Numbered from the stretch's first letter, positions 37,853 through 51,751 are shown. The stretch is 64,000 nt of DNA from Azolla caroliniana (GCA_043228905.1 JBHGNT010000009.1:4278001-4342000), one strand, 5' to 3'. Notes: generated from the sequence alone by a model not told the origin. A program made the numbers and translations.

Positions 37853-38773
37853 TTTGCTCAACAAGTCAGTTGCACTATCGAGAACAGAAGCGGAGTACAT
37901 GGTAGTCGTGGAAGCCGGCAAGGAAGTAATTTGGATGAAGGACTTCATCGGGGAGCTAGGGATCCTACAAGGCGAATATCGACTCTACTGTGATAGTCAA
38001 AGTGCCATCCACCTTGCAGAGAATGCAGCCTACCATTCCTGGACCAAGGACATCTAGAGGACATATCTCTAGCTCCGGGAGAAGGTAGAAGATAAAGAGT
38101 TTTCACTGACGAAGATCAATACAGAGGAGAATGGGTCGGACATGCTGACCAAGGTGTTGTCAGCCGACAACCTCGACACGTGTCGGAGACGAATTAGACT
38201 GACGAGGTATCCCATGCCGAAGTGAAGGTCCCTCCGGATGGGATCCAGATGAGAACCGGACGAGCCGAATCAGACGAGACGAGGGAAGGAACCAGATGGA
38301 AAGAGTCTGGCCGAATCCGGTATAAACCAGCAAATGGGAACATATTAGTAAACATGTTCAGACGTGACCATTGAGGTCATATTTGTAAATAACCTCAATA
38401 TTATATAAGTATAAATATAACTAGGGCAATATTGTTTGTATAGTAGATCATCATTATAGTTGTTGCTATTATTATTCTTATTGTACAGAGATACAGAGAG
38501 AGAGAGAGAGAGAGAGATACATAAATTTGTTCTGTTGTAACCGCCAGTAGGCGAAGATAGAGCTCGAGGTCGTTGCCTCTAAGTCTCCCATTGTACCCTT
38601 CCTATCATAGTGATAGTTGGAGTCTATGGGCTCCTGTGGTTTTTCCCGATTAGGGTTTTCCACATAAACATTTAGTGTCATCTCTGTTGTCTGTGTAAGT
38701 GCATTGTTATTTTCTGTTTATTTCCTCCATTGTGAGTTTGAGACTCGGTTGTGGCTAAGCGTTATTCCGCACA
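37853..38773 (+). mobile_element. Copia RNase H fragment plus 3' LTR (~38227-38773)
   Basis: KSVALSRTEAEY...LYCDSQSAIHLA; the LTR resembles 1-435 and 26099-26743. Confidence 0.82.
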
Positions 38774-38793
38774 CAAGAGAATACATAAAACGT

Positions 38794-39574
38794 TGTTGCG
38801 GTATTCCGCACGTGCATGTGTCGGATCGGGTGGGACCTCCGGGGTCACGGACCAAGAAGAGATGGATGCCAAGAGACCAATTGTCTCTGGAACTAGCGGC
38901 ATTGGTTGTGACACAAATCAGGGCAGTTCCAGTCGCGTACCAGAGGCTACCGAATAGGAGAAGGGGGGAGGGGGGGGGGGGGGGGGGGGGGGGGGAAGAG
39001 AGCATAAGCGCAACACCGACTCAACACACGCTACTTATGTACAGAAAAGGGAAAGAACGAAAACACACACGACACTAACAAAAATAGATATGTGCACAAC
39101 TTCTTATGAATGTATATACAAGGCCACGAAATTACATCGTTGGTTCCAAGCCGGTCCAGTATCGAACATATACAACAGCCGGCAAGCAAGCACCAGTCGG
39201 GGAGCACTCGGGCTCGCCTACGCGAGTGGAAGTCTTGCATTGAAGATGGGCCTTCTTACCGAAGCGCAGCAGCTGTTTGCCGCCAAGCCGCCAGTCGGGG
39301 AGCACTCGGGCTCGCCTAGGCGAGTGGGGTCTTGCACAGGAGACAGAGCTACGAACGGAAACCCTAGTACATGAGAGCTCTCAACCGGACTAAACCCTAA
39401 ACAGACACGAAGAAGACCTAACAGAAACCCTAAAGTAAGAAGAAGAGAAAACTATGAAACCCTAAGTTTAAGTGGTATACCCTCCTAACTCAAATGGGCA
39501 ACCCCTTTACAAGAGTCCCCTCCCTCCTCTTATAGTCCAAGGAGGGAAGGACATTACAATGTGGGATAAATATC

Positions 39575-39609
<35 letters not shown>

Positions 39610-42600
39610 ACTTCGAGGGATATCCTGCCTGGTTATCATTCCTATTCGGCGCCTTAAAGGCACCCACTATCTTTGTACAATCTTTACAAGAGGGAGTGCA
39701 TGTGATGCACTTCTCCAATATCACCATCTACCCTTATTTTCACAACGTGGCTGTGAATCCTCACGACATCCGCCCCCACCAAACCGCATATCCACCGGTA
39801 TGTGCCATGACAAAAGTGAAGTGTGAGGGATTCTGGCCGCAGTGAACAACGGTCTTCTGTAATCCGCACCCCGGTTTCCATGTCGGCCTCCACCGATCCT
39901 AAACCATCGGCTTCAATTCCTTCCTCACGCTTGCCTCTCTGTAGGCTCGTTTCGACCTCTAAGGAGGTCATTGCCGCGACCCCTTTCGTACGCGTGCTTG
40001 CACCTTTGGCCCTTCGATCGACCGTATGCACGCCCTTCGTTCCGCCCTTTTCCTTCTCCTATGAACTCATTTCCTTGGTTGTCCTTGATTCACTGCTCTG
40101 AGCTCATCTAGCCTCTCCAGACGGTTAGCCGGTCCCAGTTTCCGTATTCACCCCTTCTTCGGTGGGGGTACACATCCCGGATCTCGGTCACGACCCGTCC
40201 TTCGCTCTGCGTGGCGCGGATTTCGTTCCTCCCGACCAATTGTCAAGGGTTGCACCTTGCCCGTGCACATTTCGATCCGCCTTGCCGCACGCCAAACCTC
40301 CCCTGCATGCCACTCAGCCCTTGCCCAACCAGATAACACATCTTCACTTCAACCGTTGTCGCGAAAATACGACAAGGATACATGAACTTTGAGGCAAGAC
40401 CTCGGGGCCTCCGACCAGAAGATATCAAATACGTATGTTTATATTAAACAATTAATGGAAAATGAGAAAGATTAACAAATTTCATTAATAAATAGAAAAG
40501 AAAGATTACAATTAATCCCAAGATCGGAATTATAAAAGTTTAGCTTATGGAGATTACTAGATTAATTGATTAGAAGAAACTAAATATGGATTCAATAGAA
40601 ATTTCGGGTCTTTGGCTTTTCTAAGAGATTATGGTTTATGAGTTCAATAGCTTCCGTATGGAAAATTAGGGTTTTTGGCTTCCGTAGGGAAAATTAGGGT
40701 TTTTTGGCTTCCGTAGGGAAAATTAGGGTTTTTGGTTTTCGTAAGGAAATTAGGGTTTTTGAGAGATATGGCTTCGATGAGATAAGAGAGCTAAGAAGGA
40801 AAAGAAAATAAAAATTATGGAGAGAGTAAGTGTAGGAAAAAAAATGGAATATATATGGAGTTCTCCGTTGATCATAGCCTTTCCACTTTTTGTTGCATGG
40901 CCTCTACTTTTTGTTGCATAGCTTTTTCTTTTAGTTGCATCTATTTTTAGTTGCATGGCTTTTTCTTTTAGTTGCATGCGACTGTCCACATGACCTTTAC
41001 TTTAGTTTTCTTCACTTCACTTTAATTAGCCACATGATCCTCTTATCTGTTCGGTTTGCGTCCAACCTCGTCCGGTCGCCAATTGTCGCCGCCGATTTTG
41101 ATTTGCTTACCGGCCGGTTTCGGTTTGGGGAACTTGGCCACCATCATCCATCAAGTCAAAGTGGCCAAAGTGCTCTTAGCACAAATGAAAATGAGGGGTC
41201 TCAAAGTGCTTATATAGCTAGGGCTTTAAGTTTCCTATCTATGTGGGATAAATCATAGTTCTATTTTCCCTATCTTCTCAAACATCCATCTTTCTATAAC
41301 ATGTCATTAAGTTAATATAAAGTACTTATTTTATTATTTATTTATTTTTACATAGTGTGAGAAGATTCACATGACACCGTATACCCAGTGTCCTTCGTGC
41401 TCGAGGAACACCCCGTAATGGCCCGCTCGGCCCCTTTCGTCCTGCGCCGTTGCGACCAGTTCAATGTCATTGTCCGTTGTTGTCCCCTCGCCCCCACCTG
41501 CTTGTCACCACGGGCTTACGCTTGCCACGCCATCCATTGCCACTCTGCCGAGCCGCCTAGATCTTCAGAACAGGTGCAGAGGATCCCTCTCAGTCCTTCG
41601 TTGTGCTCAGGGCCACCGACCCTTGCAGTCCGTTCTGCACCCGTGGTTCTGTCCTGGCACCTTCATGTGTCATCTTGCCTTCGACTTCACCTTGTGAGAG
41701 GCTCAGTCCGCTCTCCTCCTTCGCTCGGCACCATTTGTGCCGAACTCCGGTCTTTCCCCATGCTCTTACCTCGGCCCTCGATGGCCACGCACACGTCCTT
41801 CGTTTCGCTTTTGGGTGTGCCTTGTTTGGTTCGGCACACCGCTCTTCACTTGGGTGTCCTTGGTAGCCTTTCACATTACTACCCGTACAGGAATCACCCT
41901 TGTCCGTTTTGCCCGCCTGACCTCCATTGTCCTTGGTTTCTTGGTGCCTCTCCTGCTACCGCCTTCGTCCCCTCGCTACCACCTTCCATCTCCTTGGTCT
42001 TACATTGCCACGGTAGCTAAACTGCTGAGATCTCTGGAACCGGTGTGGAGGATCCCTCTCGGGCCTTCTGTCCTTTGAGGCCTAAGACCCGTGCACCTTA
42101 CGCGTCCTTCCTTCGTTCTTTCGACCCTGCCGATCGGGTCCATTACCGGTTCGCGGCCGCATCGCCGGCCTTATACCTCTTTCCGCTCTTTCAGTCCTTG
42201 CTTTGTCAGATCCCATTCACCTGCCACCACGAGCCATCTCTCTCGGTCTCACATCGGCTTTCGGGCCGGACTACTGGAGTCTCCGGATCGGTGGGAGGAT
42301 CGTCGTAGGATCACCCTTCTTCTCTTGCTCTGACCTTTGCTTTCTCGCTGCCACCTTCATATCGATGTCACGGCCCGTGGTTGCCCCTTCTATGGAAGCT
42401 TCGACCGTGCTTGCCTCGCGCTCGCTTTGAAATTTCAGACAACCGTGTCCAGACACACTCGTCCTCACCCAAATCGACAATCGTCGCCTCACCATCCCCA
42501 ACCTTGTCCTCAGTTGTTCTGTCTCCGCAAGTCGAGAGGGTGGCTCGCTCCACACCCTCTCCCGCGGTACCGATATACCGCTCTTCGGCTTCCGCATTGG

Positions 42601-42943
42601 ACCGACCTTCACTTTCAGGGAGATGACTCGGTCTCCTTCCTCCGGCTCTTTCGTATCCGTGTGTGGCACGGGTCCCCGTCCTTCCCAACCGCCTGTCGGA
42701 TATCGCACCTTGTCCATGCCCGTTTCGACCCGAACGCTTCCTCGATCCATCACCGTCGCACGTCGAACTCCTTCAGGCTCCCCATCACTATTGATCCCCT
42801 CCGTGGTCGCTACTCGGCCCTTACATGACCATATTCAATTTGCACGTATCTCATTCTACCCTTCATTGTGTACTTCATTCTACACTCCGTCGATATCACC
42901 ATCTTCCCCGGTTTTCACACTATGGTCGTGAATCCTCACGACA
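38794..42943 (-). mobile_element. Degenerate or non-autonomous Gypsy of the TGTCG...CGACA family (3' LTR 38794-39768, PPT, internal region, truncated LTR ending 42943)
   Basis: U5 end resembles 2533; PPT TGGGGGCGGA; internal similarity to 700-1700; flanks ACGT/ACGG. Confidence 0.7.
40357..41376. mobile_element. Solo LTR, 4-bp TSD CCGT
   Basis: CCGT|TGTCGCG...CATGACA|CCGT; contains about 4 copies of GGCTTCCGTAGGGAAAATTAGGGTTTT. Confidence 0.8.
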
Positions 42944-43847
42944 ACGGTTACAATCTTCTTTGATGATCTCAGAGGATAACCCGCTTAGGGTTCTTTGCAA
43001 GTTCGTTGAACATTACTGCCGCTCTCTCTCTCGCTCACACACACTCTCCCTTCTCTTTTACACACACACACAGTGTTTTCAACATAAGCTCACAACACCT
43101 CAATATGTTCTATGCGAATATTGTTCTACTATATCACTGTGTTTGTCCTAAGTGTATTTATACTTATACACTGTATGGACTATTTACAAATGTCGCCTCC
43201 ACTACTATCTTCCTATTACTACGCTAATAACAATAACAATTAATCAGACGACTGGTCAATTAGTCAATTCGACTAACCGACTTTAATGTCAACTGTCCAG
43301 TCAGCTCGACTAGTTGGTCTCGTCGTCGACCCTCTGGTCAGCCTGACGAATCGGTTGTGTCTTCGACTTGGATCTCTTACACAATGTTTTCAACTCTCCA
43401 TGTCTTCGATTGTCGACTCTTACATAGTTGATTAGTCAACCACTTCTTGTCTTCGATTGTCAGTTCTCGGTCCTATCAGTCGGCTCCTCCCATAGGAGGG
43501 ACATATTCCTAACAAACCCCCCCTTCACTCCTATGGGTAGAGTCGGTTAGCCCTATCCTTTGTCGACAGATTCTGAGTCTGTCCATTGGTAGGTTCTTCG
43601 TCAGCATATCGGTTCCATTGTAATCAGTATGGATCTTCACAAGAGTAAACTTTGCATCTTCCACTCTCTCTTGCAACCAATAATACCTCCTCTGTATGTG
43701 TTTGGTGGGGGAGTGGTATGCAATGTTCTTGGCTAGATGTATGGCACTCTAGTTGTCACAATGAAGCGAGAACACCCTTTGCTTCATTTCCAACTCACTA
43801 AGAAAATTTCTCATCCAAATCAGCTATTTGCTAGCCTCTACCGTTGT

Positions 43848-44448
43848 TAGCAATGGGCCCGGTTTCGGCTCAAACCAAACCGAACTGTTAAATCGTGGCT
43901 TAACAGTTTATTGGTTCAAAGATAAATAAACCGTTTGATTTGGTTTCAAATGTTATGATCCAGTTTGGTTTCGGTTTGGTTTGGTTTGGTTTTGAATTTC
44001 ATGATTTAGCGGTTTAGCGGTTTCAATTTATTTGGTTTGGTTTAAAGGTTTATAAGTTTAAAGTTTTATAGATTTATAGGTTTATAGGTTTATAGGTTAA
44101 AAAATATTCTTAAATTTTCACCTCTAGGCTCTAACTTTCAACTTTTAATTTTAAACCTCTAGGCTCTAACCTATTAAATTTTATATGCATTATAAGTAGA
44201 GTCTCCTTTTGATGACATATGATTATCAAATTTATGACAAGTATGATGACCAAATTTATAATAAGTGTGATAACCAAATTTATGATGATTTTCTCACACA
44301 ATTTCATAATATGTATGATAATCAATATCTCTAAAAAATGGTTTGGTTTGGTTCTAAATTTTCTGTAAACGGTTTGGTTTGGTTTTTATTATAAATAAAT
44401 GGCTTGGTTTGGTTTCAAGGCCAAGAAACCGAACCGGGCCCATTGTTA
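43848..44448. mobile_element. hAT-type MITE, 8-bp TSD ACCGTTGT/ACCGTTGC
   Basis: TIR TAGCAATGGGCCCGGTT; AAACC/GGTTT subterminal motifs; inserted in the Copia RNase H. Confidence 0.85.
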
Positions 44449-44854
44449 ACCGTTGCCATATATTTTGCCTCTGTGATCAATGAGGCCATAGACTTCTACA
44501 GTCGTGATTGCCACGACACTACTCCCCCAATATATGTCATCACGTACCCTGATGTGGATTGGCTGGAATCTGCATCCCCCGACATGTCCAAGTCAGTAAA
44601 CCCTTTGAGCATGGGTTTTCCGACACCATACCTTAGGCATACCCCCGAGGTGCCTTTCAAGTACCTTAGTATCCACTTTGCTGTTGTGCAGTGTTCTCTA
44701 CCTAGATTACTCATGTATCGGCTTATTGCTCCCACAACAAATGTTATGTCTAGTCTCGTACAAACCATAGCATACATTAGACTGTCGACTGTTAAGGCAT
44801 ATTATGGTACTTTCCTCATCTCAATCTTTTCTTTCTCCCCTCTCGGCCATTGCG

Positions 44855-45310
44855 TGGCATTCAACTTGTAGTTGATCGTTAACACAGAGCCGACCGGCTT
44901 TGCTTTGAACATGTTGAATTTCTCCAATATCTTTGTCACATATTTCTCTTGTGACAAACACAACACTTTCTTTGTTTTGTCCTGAACTATGTGCATCCCT
45001 AAAATATGGCATTCAACTTGTAGTTGATCGTTAACACAGAGCCGACCGGCTTTGCTTTGAACATGTTGAATTTCTCCAATATCTTTGTCACATATTTCTC
45101 TTGTGACAAACACAACACTTTCTTTGTTTTGTCCTGAACTATGTGCATCCCTAAAATATGGCATTCAACTTGTAGTTGATCGTTAACACAGAGCCAACCG
45201 GCTTTGCTTTGAACATGTTGAATTTCTCCAATATCTTTGTCACATATTTCTCTTGTGACAAACACAACACTTTCTTTGTTTTGTCCCGAACTATGTGCAT
45301 CCCTAAAATA
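44855..45310. repeat. Three near-identical tandem copies of 152 bp in the Copia RT
   Basis: TGGCATTCAACTTGTAG starts at 44855, 45007 and 45159. Confidence 0.92.
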
Positions 45311-46348
45311 TGTTTAGCCGGTCCAAGATCTTTCATGGAAAACGACTTGCCTAGAGCTTTCTTCAAGCTCACAACCTTCTTCATGTCTTGTCCGACTATC
45401 AACATGTCATCCACATATAATAAGGGAATTAAGAAGTCACCTTCATCGTACCTCTTGACGAACACGTAGTGATCTGCCTGTGTTTTCTGGAACCTATGTT
45501 CCATCATGAAGGACTCAAACTTCGTGTACCATTGGAGTGGAGCTTGTTTCAATCCATACAAGCTTTTCTTCAATCGACACACCAGGTTCTCTTTCCCTTT
45601 CTCCGCAAAGCCTTCGGGTTGTTGCATGTAGATCTCTTCATCTAGCTCCCCGTGCAAGAATGTTGTTTTGACATCCAACCGTTCGATTTCCAAGTCCATA
45701 CTAGCAGATATGCTCAGAACAATTTGAATTGATGTCATCTTCACAATTGGTGCGAATATTTCGTCAAAGTAACATTCTTTTCCTGTTGAAACCCCTTTAC
45801 CACAATGTGGGCTTTATACCTGGGTGTGTTGTCGAATTCTCCAATCTTCACCTTGTAGACCCATTTATGCCTAAGTGTTTTCTTACCTTTAGGTAACTCT
45901 ACCAAGTTGTAGGTGTAATTTTCGTGCAATGAGTCCATCTCCTCTTGCATTGCACTTGGCCATTTCTCTTTGTGCTCGTCGGCAATGGCATCATCATAGC
46001 ACTCAGGTTCAGCTTCACTGTCAAGAGGTTTATTGACTGGCATATGTAGTCAGTACTCTTCTTTCTCTCTGTGGGTATCTTCTTCCACCCGTCATAGGCT
46101 CCAGTTCGGATGTCTCTACTACTTTTGTAGCAGGGTTTGGGACTAGGTATTTCCCTAGTCCCAACCCAAAAGTGGAACCTCTTCTTTGGGACTGGGAATG
46201 GGACCGGCACCGACACCGTGATTGGGACTGGATCCCTTCTTCGGTCTCAATTCGTTATCCACTTGCCAACCTCAATCATGACTCCTTGTCACAAATCGTT
46301 TTGGGGCTTCTTAAGTCCGTCGTGACTCACCTTGGGGCTGGGTTTTGG

Positions 46349-46954
46349 TAGCAATGGGCCCGATTTCCCAAACTGAACCGTTAAACCATGGTTTCAAGGT
46401 TTATAAGTTCCAAAATAATTAAATGGTTTGGTTTAGTTTTAATTAATAATAAACGGTTCGCTTTCAATTCAGTTTGGTTTTGAAACTAGGGTTTATAGGT
46501 TTGGTTTATTGGTTTATAGGTTTGGTTTATAGGTTTTTGGGCTATCTTTTTTTTTCTATTAAATGTTTATGTAATTTAATGGTTTAATTAATGTTTTTCA
46601 TTGGTTTAATTCACTTAACTTAATTGTTTATTTAATCTAATGGCTCAATTAATCTTATTTATTTATTTATTTTAACATAAATGCTTATTTAATTTTGTGT
46701 ATTTTTATTTAATTAAATTTTTAATTAGCTTGGCTTAAATGTGGTTAGGTTTTAACTTTTTATTAAATGGTTCAGTTTGGTTTTAACTTTTCCCTAAATG
46801 GTTTTGGTTTAAATGGTTTAGTTTACCTTTTTTTTAAATGGTTTGGTTTAAATGTTCGAATGTTCATAAACGGTTTGGTTTGGTTTTTATTTTATATAAA
46901 GGATTTGGTTTGGTTTCAAGGCACCGAAACCGAACTGAACCGGGCCCATTGCTA
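46349..46954. mobile_element. hAT-type MITE (same family), 8-bp TSD GGTTTTGG/GGTTTGGG
   Basis: TAGCAATGGGCCCG...CGGGCCCATTGCTA. Confidence 0.85.
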
Positions 46955-46985
46955 GGTTTGGGTGACTCTTTCTAGGGACACCACA

Positions 46986-47780
46986 TGTTAGTATTTATAC
47001 TCATTTATTTATAACCTACTATTAGGCGAAAGAGATTTTTTCCTCTTCTTTTTATTTTAGGCTCACCATAAATGGTTCGCTCAACAAGCAAGGAGGGGAA
47101 CTAAATGTGGAGTTAGTTTTTGTCCGTAAGAAAAGATTGCTGCAAATATATTGGATGCTAAGATGTCCAAGAATAAAACGCGATATTAAAGGATAAGTAT
47201 CATAACAATTAAAGAAGGAAGGAACCTGAAGGGATAAAGTTAGAGGCATTTTTCAAAAGTGTCAAAAAGTAAAAAAAAACAATGTGTGGATATGAAGATT
47301 GAGATAGATAAAAATCTCATAACTTTAGAAAAGATGCATAGAAAAGTTGACAACAAGAGGTTTCCAAAAAGCTGACCAAAACAAAAATTTGGGATTACAA
47401 AGGAAAAATAGTGGTATAAAAAACGCCTCACACAGAGTCACATATATTTTAAAAATAGAAATGTCAAGACTCAAGAATAACTCAACCAAAAACCTATAAA
47501 GAGGAGGGTATTCATAGCCATAGAGAGAAGGAAAAAAGAAGAATAGAATGTCTACAAGAAGTTAGAAGGGCTTGGTAGAAGAAGGAAGGAAGAAGGAAAG
47601 TTTATTGTTATTTATAGTCATAGAAAGAAAAGGAGTTCCATGGAGTTGTGTTTGTATTTGGAGACTAAGGTGTTTGTATTGTTCCCCTAATATTATAATA
47701 TAACATTCTTTTATCTTCCTCCTGTCTCTCTATATTTTCTCTACCTCTCTTCATCAAATATCATATATCAGCCACTAACA
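46986..47780. mobile_element. Possible old LTR
   Basis: TGTTAGT...ACTAACA termini with an internal TATAAA; no matching TSD. Confidence 0.35.
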
Positions 47781-48985
47781 CTAATCTATAACAACAATAG
47801 TAGTTGTCATTTTGTCATTGGAGGAAAGTTGATATGCTTCTCCTCTTTCCTCCCTCCGTCACCTTCTCTACAACTCTTCAATGAGCAACAAGAGAAACCC
47901 CCACCTCTTTTTTTCTTTTTTTGTTCCTTCTTTCTCTTCCCTCTTTTCACACCCTTCTTCCCACACTCTCCCCGCTTTAGCCAATGTGGCTTCGGCTCAA
48001 GTTCAAAGTACCTAAGGACTAAATGTCCTAGTTTTGAAATGAACCTAGGAATGATTTTTCCCGTATAACTTTCTTCTTCATGGGAAATTTCTGTCATTCA
48101 TACAAGCATCGCCTCGTCGGAATTTGATATTTTGGGTTTGAATCTTAAAACTCATTAAGTTTTCTTATTTTTAATGTAAAATTAGCTCTAGTGTAAAATT
48201 ATAATAAATCCCAAAGAGATCAAACGAAAGATCCAAACAAGAGTTTTTACAATGACTAAACCCATTACATAGGGTGTGAGACCAAGAAGTTAGAAGATAA
48301 AAAATTGGAAGAGTTTTGGGGGGAGATCCTTGAGTTTCAACATAATGAGTCTGTGATCAATGGCCACACCACCTTTTGATGGCGTACCCCTCCTATGTGC
48401 CCTCTGATTTGCTACCCATGGTAATTTGTATATCAACAAAGTTTGAGCCCCGGATCCAAAAACGACCATCTCTAGCGATGAGCTGGCTCTTTTCCTCCCT
48501 TTATAGCTTTCAAAAGATCTCTTACCAAAATAAAAACATGTGTTTGGAGCATGCCTCATCATTGTCCTCATATGATACTCGACTTTTGCAAAATATGCAT
48601 ACTTCCTTCTATTTTTATCATATGCCTCATTGTTATATATTGTGCATAATATGCCCCTCATCTCCTCTCGATTACTTCCGATTACTTCTTTAACAAAACC
48701 TTAATGTATCATGAAACTTGGCTTTAATGTGTTTTTCTCCTTTCACACAATCCACATCACGACAACAGTAGCGGTAGGTCAAGACTAGCACAAAGGAAAC
48801 ACATACTTTTTAGTTTCCTAAGCACGCTAGGATAACATAAGCCCAAGACATTCACTAAGCGAGAATGGGGAACTACAATCATCTATGGCTCAAACAAAGT
48901 CAATATGAACGGATACACACACACACACACACAATTTATGGGCAAACATAGTATGTAATCTAGTATGTGTGTACAGTCCTTACCA

Positions 48986-49067
48986 CCCACAAATGGTGTG
49001 GGTAGAGATGGAATCCCTAGCCCCACGAGATTCCATCAAGCCATCTCTACCCACACCATTTTGTGGG
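48986..49067. other. Near-perfect hairpin, ~26-bp stem
   Basis: CCCACAAATGGTGTGGGTAGAGATGG pairs with CCATCTCTACCCACACCATTTTGTGGG. Confidence 0.8.
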
Positions 49068-51219
49068 AGACAAATTTGGTCAGTCTGGACGTGCATTGGG
49101 CGTGGGACAAGCCACTGGGAAGCATCCAACACTTATCAACCTCCACTAGTAATTTAGTAAGAGTATTAGTATATATGTAGTAACTCGTAAGTAGTGTTAC
49201 AACTTTGTATGTTTCTTCATACATATATAGATAGAATAGAGTTTCCATAATTATGTACGTAGTGAGTAGTGTTAGTTTGTATGTTTCTTCTGCATGGCTC
49301 TATAGGTATAGTATGAACCATACGTACCATACGTGCATTCGCATTCTCGAATGATTCAATCATTCGCGAAAGAAAAACACCCTCAAAGAATGATAAATAT
49401 CATACTTTTGGATTAACATTTATTATGAGGTAGATAAGCCTAAAAATGAAAAAAAAAACAATAAAAAAACAATAAAAAAATGGGAAAAAAACAAAAAAAA
49501 ACAACACAAGAATGTTTGGATAACATTCGCATTCGTTTTCCAACGTAGGAAAACGAATGTTATACTAGACGAACACGAATTTTACGTACTATGGGTTCAT
49601 ATATAAATAGAATCTTCATTTTTAGCGCCTATAGTTTTTGTACGTAAGGACAGAGATGTCTCTGTTTCCCCTCTGCTTTCTTTCTGAGATTCAGACGGGA
49701 ACAAGCGTAAGTACAGTAAGTTTATTTGCCTTCCTTCTTAGGTTAAAAAAAGCTAGTTGTTTTATCATGATTTCCTCAAGTGCATCAGAACATGATGATG
49801 AGAAGTTACCATACGTTTATTGAGATTTAGTCGGGCCTTCTTTTGTTTTTAGCGTATTTTGTTATTCCTTGGAAGGTACATAATTGTATCAGACAGGGGA
49901 AAACTCGGAAGTTACCTCTGAGTTTTTCATTATCTCACCAAATACCCCCTAGTTTTTTCATTATTTCATGGAAAGCCCCTGGTTAATCACCCCTCTGGCC
50001 CGTGTTTTATTGGGTTTTACATTGTGTGACCAAGGAAATAATGAAAACAAGCAATGGGAGCTCTTGACCTCCAGTAAGCTTTCACCGGAATTTGTACCCT
50101 TTGTAAGATGTTTCCAACCAGCAAGCTCAAAATTTTGACTGGCATTCTAGTGACTGATGTCATCCGTTTTCCGAAATGAGTTTCTCCTCCTATATGAATG
50201 CTGATTAGCAATAGAATGATTATGGGCAAGATTTTCATCAATGCAATATGTCACCTTGTTTGAATCATGAAGTGCTGGTTTAGGTCATTTCACTATTGAT
50301 CCATTGCATTGTTGTTGAATTGATTCCCTGAAGCCACATATATACATGGATCTGAAATTTTCAATCATGACGATTGATAGGACCCAATTTGCCTTGACGT
50401 AACTGGGCCGGTTGTCCACACTCTTCTTGTGGTTGGAGATACATTTGGGCTTGGGGGCATTTGTCTAAACTATGGTTTCAGCCAAATTTTGGTAACAAAG
50501 TTTTGCAAATTCTCTCCCAGCATGTTGATAATGTATTGGAGTAGAAGGTGCATCAAATTAGTGTACTTATGATCCTGTATAGTGGATATGATGTCCTTGA
50601 GTCATGGACATTAAGAAGCTAATTTTAGAAATTTTTAAGTTCATCCTATTAGCATGAGACATCACTCAGTGCACATGATGAAACACCGTACATCATACAT
50701 AAATAAATGGATTGTATTTATCTGAACCAGGTTCGGATCTTTCATAGCAATGAAGGGAAGTTCCGAATGACATATATCATGCACAATTTGGTTAGTGCAC
50801 ACAATGACTGTCTGTCTAGTTCAGGATGATTGAATAAAACCTCAAGCATAAAGATTTGTTAGATTATACATTAATTCTGAGGTGTTTGCAGAGGAGATTA
50901 CCACCTGGTGTCTACGATGAGAACTTATTGGATTGCTTCTGTAGTTACCTCCATGAATCCACATAAAACATATTCTAGTAACATTAGCTGGCACTAAATG
51001 GTAATAAATGTCCATATTTTATGGTCGAAATGGCTCCAACTGTACCATATTATATTATTTTTCATTTGGACAAGTATGGATTGTAATACATCATTTATTT
51101 ATGGAGAGAGTTTCAGAAATTTGGGGAAGAAACTAAAGATTTCCAAGAAGGAAAACCAAATTCTCTTTTTGGGCAAAGGGGAGAGGTGATACTATGTTAC
51201 CATATATATATATATATAC

Positions 51220-51470
51220 ATATATCTGCGTATCTGGTTTTGTTGCAGGAAATTGTTGTTGGAAAAGTTAACGATAAAGAGACAGAGATCCATTCACCCT
51301 TGATGCTTCTTCCATCGCCAGGTTTACGTTTCAACCTGGACGTATCATATCCGCGTATCTGGTTTTGTTGCAGCAAAATGTTGTTGGAAAAGTTAACGAT
51401 AAAGAGACAGATCCATTCACCATTGATGCTTCCATCGCCAGGTTTACGTTTCAACCTGGACTTATCATAT
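51220..51470. repeat. ~125-bp tandem duplication downstream of the WRKY gene
   Basis: GCGTATCTGGTTTTGTTGCAG...TTTCAACCTGGAC occurs twice. Confidence 0.8.
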
Positions 51471-51751
51471 GTCAAAGTTACATTTGTATGGTCATGTTAT
51501 GAAAACATGTCAGAAAATTATGACAAAACAGCAGCATGTTGCGAATGAACCAGGTGTTTGAATCATGTCCCTGATGTCGTTATATATTTTTAAGAGGATC
51601 TAAGCTAATAGAATTATGTTCATGTGGCTACTAATCTACATGTGCATTTCGCATAGAGACATGTAATCAGGGGGTGAATTACACTTAATATTGATCACAT
51701 GAATGCATTATGCTAAGATAATTTTCAAGGCTGGCCAAAGGGGGGCATCAT

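Larger units (their letters stand above)
42944..46340 (-). mobile_element. Ty1/Copia 3' part (RT, RNase H, PPT, 3' LTR 42944-43514)
   Basis: LDVKTTFLHG, KKSLYGLKQAP, LYVDDML, SQSTSGY; PPT GAAGGGGGG before TGTTAGG. Confidence 0.9.

Noticed and set aside
47800-48720. Short ORFs as a possible host gene
   Set aside because: No recognisable domain or splice structure; probably a decayed repeat interior.
49305-50030. Possible small MITE or Mutator TIR remnants
   Set aside because: Inverted termini are poorly matched and no TSD was identified.
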